Assembly (NCBI GenBank): GCA_963720755.1
Contig: CAVRGP010000013.1
Location: 229,512-293,511 of the forward strand
Direction of reading: 5' to 3'
DNA: 64,000 nt
Source of the DNA: an uncultured Chloroflexia bacterium
GTDB taxonomy: Bacteria; Chloroflexota; Limnocylindria; Limnocylindrales; CSP1-4
Of this stretch, positions 60,403 through 64,000 are shown piece after piece. The notes beneath the pieces are model-generated. The model worked only from the letters and a program-made list of their open reading frames with translations, had not been told where the DNA came from and ran no database searches. Every line of letters begins with the position of its first letter. Position 1 is the stretch's first letter. Position numbers and translations under genes: made by a program.

Positions 60403-61584
60403 TTGTGGGTCCAGCCCGCCGAGCCGGAACCCGACACGACGCCAGCGTCCGGGGGAGCCATCGACCGCGAGGATGGCGCTGGCCACGACGATGGCGCTGG
60501 CCACGATGATGGCGCTGACGCCGAGGATGAGGCCGGCGCCGAGGTCGAAGACGCCGAGGACGAATACGGGGACGACGGCGACGACGACCGGGACGAGGAG
60601 GACGCGCAGGCCGAGCCCGGCGGCCCGGGCGTGCCGGCTCGATGGGCGGCGTTCGTGTTCTTCGCGCTCGGTGGCGTCGTCCTGTGGCTCGCGTACCTTG
60701 ACATCGCGAACTCTGTCGTCCTGTCGCCGGAGTTGGTGGTTCGATTCCTGGTGCTGGCCGCCCCGGCGGTCTGCGCGGTCCTCATCCCCGGGGCGATCCT
60801 GCTCCGACACCCGGATGCCTGGTACCGCGGGCGGACCCTCCTGTTCGGTGCCCTGGTCTTTGCCTCGACGTCGTTCTTCCACACGATCGAGCGGTCGCTC
60901 CAGGAGACGTTCGGAAACCTGACCCCGCCGCCACAAAGCGGGCTCGATTGGTTCGTCCCGTCGGCCATCGTCTATTCGGGGTTCGTCACGATCCTCGGGC
61001 TGTTCGGGCTGCTCTACCTCGGCGTCGGCCTGTCCAGGGCCAGGAACTACGAGGACGTCGGCCGATCGAGGGTGGCAGCGGTGGCGCTGTTGGTCGTCGC
61101 GGCCATCTCGGTCCTTGGCCGGCTCTTCGTGCTCACGAAGGTCGACTTCGGCGACCCGCGCCTGACCTGGGATCTGCAGCTCTACGTCGTCTCGATCGTG
61201 GTCCTGGGGATCCTGACCACGCTGACCTGGACCTACCTCGCGATCACGCTGACCCGGTCCGCGCTCGCCGGTGAGGAGCCCGTCGCGGGCTGGGCGCTGG
61301 GGGCTATCGGGGCCTGGCTCGTGATGCTGTCATTCCTCGTCGTCGCCGTGGCCACGTTCGTGACGATCACGAGCCAGGATCTTGCCAACATGGTCGACGA
61401 CATTCGAGTCGGTCTGAATGCGTTCGGGCCGATCGCGCTCGTCATCGGGTTCCTGCTCGGGCTGCCGTCATTCGAGCGGGTCACCTGGGACGACGAGGCG
61501 GACTCCGATGCCACTGTCGACGAGTTCGACGCCGAGGTCGACGACGAGGTCGAGGCGGCGGCCATGGGCTCGTCGCTGGTCTGA
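60403..61584 (+). CDS. polytopic membrane protein with acidic repeat N-tail and acidic C-tail (hypothetical)
   Basis: ORF 60235..61584(+). The listed ATG lies inside the repeat module. Third-position GC rises only after about 60400, so TTG 60403 (or GTG 60631 just before the first TM) is more likely. About 8 TM helices. The tail has D/E/G repeats. Confidence 0.55.
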   Translation: MWVQPAEPEPDTTPASGGAIDREDGAGHDDGAGHDDGADAEDEAGAEVEDAEDEYGDDGDDDRDEEDAQAEPGGPGVPARWAAFVFFALGGVVLWLAYLDIANSVVLSPELVVRFLVLAAPAVCAVLIPGAILLRHPDAWYRGRTLLFGALVFASTSFFHTIERSLQETFGNLTPPPQSGLDWFVPSAIVYSGFVTILGLFGLLYLGVGLSRARNYEDVGRSRVAAVALLVVAAISVLGRLFVLTKVDFGDPRLTWDLQLYVVSIVVLGILTTLTWTYLAITLTRSALAGEEPVAGWALGAIGAWLVMLSFLVVAVATFVTITSQDLANMVDDIRVGLNAFGPIALVIGFLLGLPSFERVTWDDEADSDATVDEFDAEVDDEVEAAAMGSSLV

Positions 61585-61599
61585 GGGCTGTTGGTCGGC

Positions 61600-61867
61600 T
61601 TGATGCTGATTCGAGGCGGTCCCGGGACGCCTCCCGTTCGTATGCGCGTAGGCGGCATATCGGGAGGCGCATCGGCGAGTGACCCGCGGCGAGGTCCCAC
61701 CGTGTGAAGGGCGAGTCTGCGCGGACGGCGCCCGACGCCCCTGGGGCGGCTCGGCTTGGCCGCCGGCCCGATCCACCCGGTACGCCGCCAGCTCCTCGGT
61801 GCCCTTGATGCCGCCTACGCGCATACCGCCAGCGGAGGTCGTCGGACCGCCCCAAATCAAGCATCAA
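61600..61867. mobile_element. 268-bp non-coding element bounded by inverted bipartite modules, copy 3
   Basis: Left end 61600-61661: TTGATGCTGATTC-N27-GTATGCGCGTAGGCGGCATAT (1-nt deletion in block A). Right end 61803-61867 is the inverted copy (CCTTGATGCCGCCTACGCGCATAC-N27-AAATCAAGCATCAA). Confidence 0.6.
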
Positions 61868-61948
61868 CGTGGTGCCTGGTGGCACCGCTAGTGACAGACA
61901 GCTGGCACGGGCCAGGCACAGTCTCGGAACGTACCGAGGGAGCGACCG

Positions 61949-62137
61949 ATGGAAGAACCGACCGATCTGGATGAACCGATCCTGTACTGCGCGACGTGCG
62001 GCGCGCCGCTCACCGGGGACCCGGACGAGGATCCGACGGGCGACGCGGGCATGCCGATCTGCGGCGAATGCGAGCGCAATCGCGACTTCTTCGCGATGGA
62101 CGCGGCGGACGGCGACCTGGACGGCGAGATCCGGTGA
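61949..62137 (+). CDS. small acidic zinc-ribbon protein (hypothetical)
   Basis: 62 aa. CATCG..(17)..CGEC four-Cys pattern. GAGGGAG RBS 7 nt upstream of the ATG. Confidence 0.5.
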   Translation: MEEPTDLDEPILYCATCGAPLTGDPDEDPTGDAGMPICGECERNRDFFAMDAADGDLDGEIR

Positions 62138-62173
62138 GGGCGTTCGGGCTAGGATGGGGACGGTGATGACTCG

Positions 62174-62591
62174 ATGACCGCACGACCGGATCAACGAGGG
62201 CCGGGCCTGCTGGTTCGGGCGCTGTGGTTCCTGTTCATCGGCTGGTGGCTGAGCGGGATCGCGATCGTGGTCGCGTACTTCTGCTGCGTGGTGATCATCC
62301 TGCTGCCGCTCGGGTTCATGATCTTCAACCGATTGCCGGCGATCCTGACGCTGCGACCGCGCAGCGACGGCGAGGTCGAGGTCCGCGACGGCGTCGCGTA
62401 CAGTCGGGGCGGCACCAACCGATCAGCTCCCGCTCTGGATCCGGGCCATCTGGTTCATCTTCGTCGGCTGGTGGCTCGGCTGGTTCTACCTGCTGATCGC
62501 CTGGCTGTTGTGCGTGATCATCATCGGGCTGCCGATCGGCCTGTGGATGATGAACCGGGTCGGTGCCGTCATGACCCTGCTCCGCTACTGA
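62174..62591 (+). pseudogene. yccF: YccF/DUF307 inner-membrane protein, reading frame interrupted between the two repeats
   Basis: The first DUF307 repeat (ALWFLFIGWWLSGIAIVVAY..LPLGF) is in the frame of ORF 62174. The second repeat (QLPLWIRAIWFIFVGWWLGWFYLLIAW..GLPIGLWMMNRVGAVMTLLRY, stop 62589-62591) is in another frame. The junction is near 62418-62424 (aaccgatcag). Confidence 0.7.
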
Positions 62592-64000
62592 TGGCCGCGG
62601 CCCCGACCACGGCGGATCCGATCGCCCTGACCGAGGCGCAGCGACGGATCGTCGAATGGGGCGAGGGGCCGGTCGTCGTCATCGCCGGGGCTGGGACCGG
62701 CAAGACCCGGGTCATCGTGGAGCGGGTGAAGTGCCTGCTCGAGCGGCGGGCGCGGCCGGCCACGAACGAGGCGCGGGAGGCCACGAGGGGGAGGGGGAGG
62801 CGGACGGCACCACCTCGCTCCTCCCCGAGCAGATCCTGGTCCTGACGTACAACGTCAAAGCCGCCCGCGAATTGCAGCAGCGACTGGACAGCGCGGTCGG
62901 GGCCGCGAACCGGGCCAGGATCTCGGTCTCCAACTTCCACAGCTTCTGCCATCGGATCCTGACCGAGAACGCGGCCGATGCCGGCCTTCCACCGCGGCCG
63001 GACGTGCTCGATGGCGTGGGGCAGGTCCTGCTGCTCAAGGACATCGTCGGGGACCTGCCGCTGATCTACCACTACCGGGGCAGCTGGACCCTCGGCAGCT
63101 TCGTCCAGTTCATCAACCGGTCGAAGGACGAACTGGTCACGCCCGACGACTTCGATGCGTACGTGGCCAACGAGCGTCGGGTGTTCGAGGAGCGCTACGG
63201 CAGCTTCGAGGCCGCCGAGGCTCGACTCGCGACCCAGGGCAACCTCAAGCCGTTCCGTGACGTGCGCGCCGCGTACGCCGGTGTCCGAGCCAACGAGCGT
63301 GCCGAGGCCCGCGGTGAGACCCGCGAGTACAAGTCCGACGACGCCGAACGAACCGCCGATCGCGAGGCGCGCAGGACGGTCGCGGGGACGGGCAGGGCGC
63401 AGGGCGCTGGATGGTTCGCGCCGGAGGATCACCCCCGGATCGAGGCCCTGGCCGCGACCTACGTCGTCGACGGTGCGGCGCTCGAGGTCGTCCGGCTGAC
63501 CGAGCTGGCGATGGTCTATCGAGCCTACGAGGAGGAGCTGGCGAGGCGCGGGGCGCTCGACTACGGCGAGCAGATCGCGGCCGTGACCAAGCTGTTCAAG
63601 ACGCGGCCGAACGTGCTGCGTCGATGGCAGCGCCAGTTCCGCTACCTGCTGATCGACGAGTTCCAGGACGCCAACGTCGCCCAGATCGAGCTGATCGAGC
63701 TGCTCGGACGGACGCCCGATCGGCCCGACAACGTCATGGTCGTGGGCGACGACGACCAGTCGATCTATCGGTTCCGGGGGGCGAGCTTCGCGGCCTTCGC
63801 CGAGTTCGATGCGCGGTTCGCCCGACCGCCGGCGCACGACCCGGGAGCGACGCCGCCGGGGCCGCCGACCCATCTCCGGATCGACCAGAACTTCCGCTCG
63901 GTCGGGAACGTGCTGACGGCCGCGAACCGGCTGATCCGCCAGAACGAGACCCGGTTCGAGCCCGACAAGCAGCTCACCACCGAGCGCCCCGACGGCGACC
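62591..64000 (+). pseudogene. UvrD/PcrA/AddA-like superfamily 1 helicase, 5' part (runs off the window), one frame interruption
   Basis: The ATG at 62591 overlaps the yccF stop. Walker A VIAGAGTGKT is in the first frame, which stops at 62843-62845. The continuation LLPEQILVLTYNVKAAREL..LIDEFQDAN..VGDDDQSIYRFRGA is in another frame, open to the window end. The junction lies within 62740-62815 and contains G5 runs. Confidence 0.8.

Noticed and set aside
60205-60968. Minus-strand ORFs (243 and 251 aa) overlap the 5' part of the membrane-protein gene, one with a hydrophobic stretch.
   Set aside because: Third-position GC favours the plus-strand frame from about 60400 onward. The minus-strand products are Arg/Ser/Pro-rich apart from the stretch generated by the 18-nt tandem repeat, and they run into the repeat module.
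53521-61867. The repeat modules each begin with ATG and translate to similar peptides (MLDFRRS..RYARRRHQ, or in another frame ..MRVGGI..), which appear at the ends of many listed ORFs.
   Set aside because: Conservation is at the nucleotide level, including third positions in blocks A and B. The 27-nt spacer varies without preserving amino acids. One copy (61600) has a 1-nt deletion in block A that breaks the frame yet keeps block B and the spacing. The downstream 'ORFs' differ completely in length and content. This is a DNA/RNA element, not a peptide gene family.
53521-61867. The modules might be integron attC sites (GTAGGC / GCCTAC resemble the GTTRRRY / RYYYAAC cores).
   Set aside because: The order of the cores is inverted relative to attC (here 5'-GTAGGC...GCCTAC-3'). 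The sites occur as far-apart inverted pairs rather than one per cassette in uniform orientation. No intI or attI is present.

Overview
High-GC (about 70%) bacterial chromosomal segment with compact, operon-like gene packing. The gene content (F420/LLM oxidoreductase, ECF sigma factor, actinobacterial-type long DeoC, heliorhodopsin) suggests an actinobacterium or Chloroflexi-like organism. From left to right: (1) a phosphate/polyphosphate/fluoride island with pstS, DUF190-crcB, ppx, and a CYTH-CHAD gene translationally coupled to ppk1. (2) Small conserved genes, two ABC-2 transporter pairs, a degenerate DNA-ligase-like gene, an S9 peptidase and an intact heliorhodopsin. (3) deoC, an ECF sigma/membrane-partner pair, MerR-MFS, a sugar kinase, a MepA-like cell-wall peptidase and an aldehyde dehydrogenase pair. 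(4) A galactoside utilisation locus: GH2 lacZ, GH36 alpha-galactosidase, galK, a sugar ABC importer, deoR and galT. (5) argH, add and a GAF histidine kinase. (6) An argC-J-B-R-G cluster. (7) A right-hand third (about 53.4-62 kb) containing the most unusual signal. That signal is seven copies of a bipartite 61-62 nt module I do not recognise: 14-nt block A, an exactly 27-nt variable spacer, then 19-nt block B. Six copies form three inverted pairs bounding 298, 793 and 268 bp. The 793-bp copy carries an XRE-type HTH gene behind a 22-bp tandem array. A solo module plus a pair bracket a membrane-protein gene. Separately, at least seven or eight genes in the last 22 kb have interrupted reading frames (argC, argJ, argG, an arrestin/Spo0M-like gene, a lipoprotein, yccF, a uvrD-like helicase, possibly a DinB-like gene), whereas I found none in the first 42 kb. 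I cannot tell from sequence alone whether these are assembly errors or real decay. No rRNA, tRNA, CRISPR array or recognisable transposase/integrase gene was found. Family assignments come from my reading of the translated ORFs and motifs; no database search was run.
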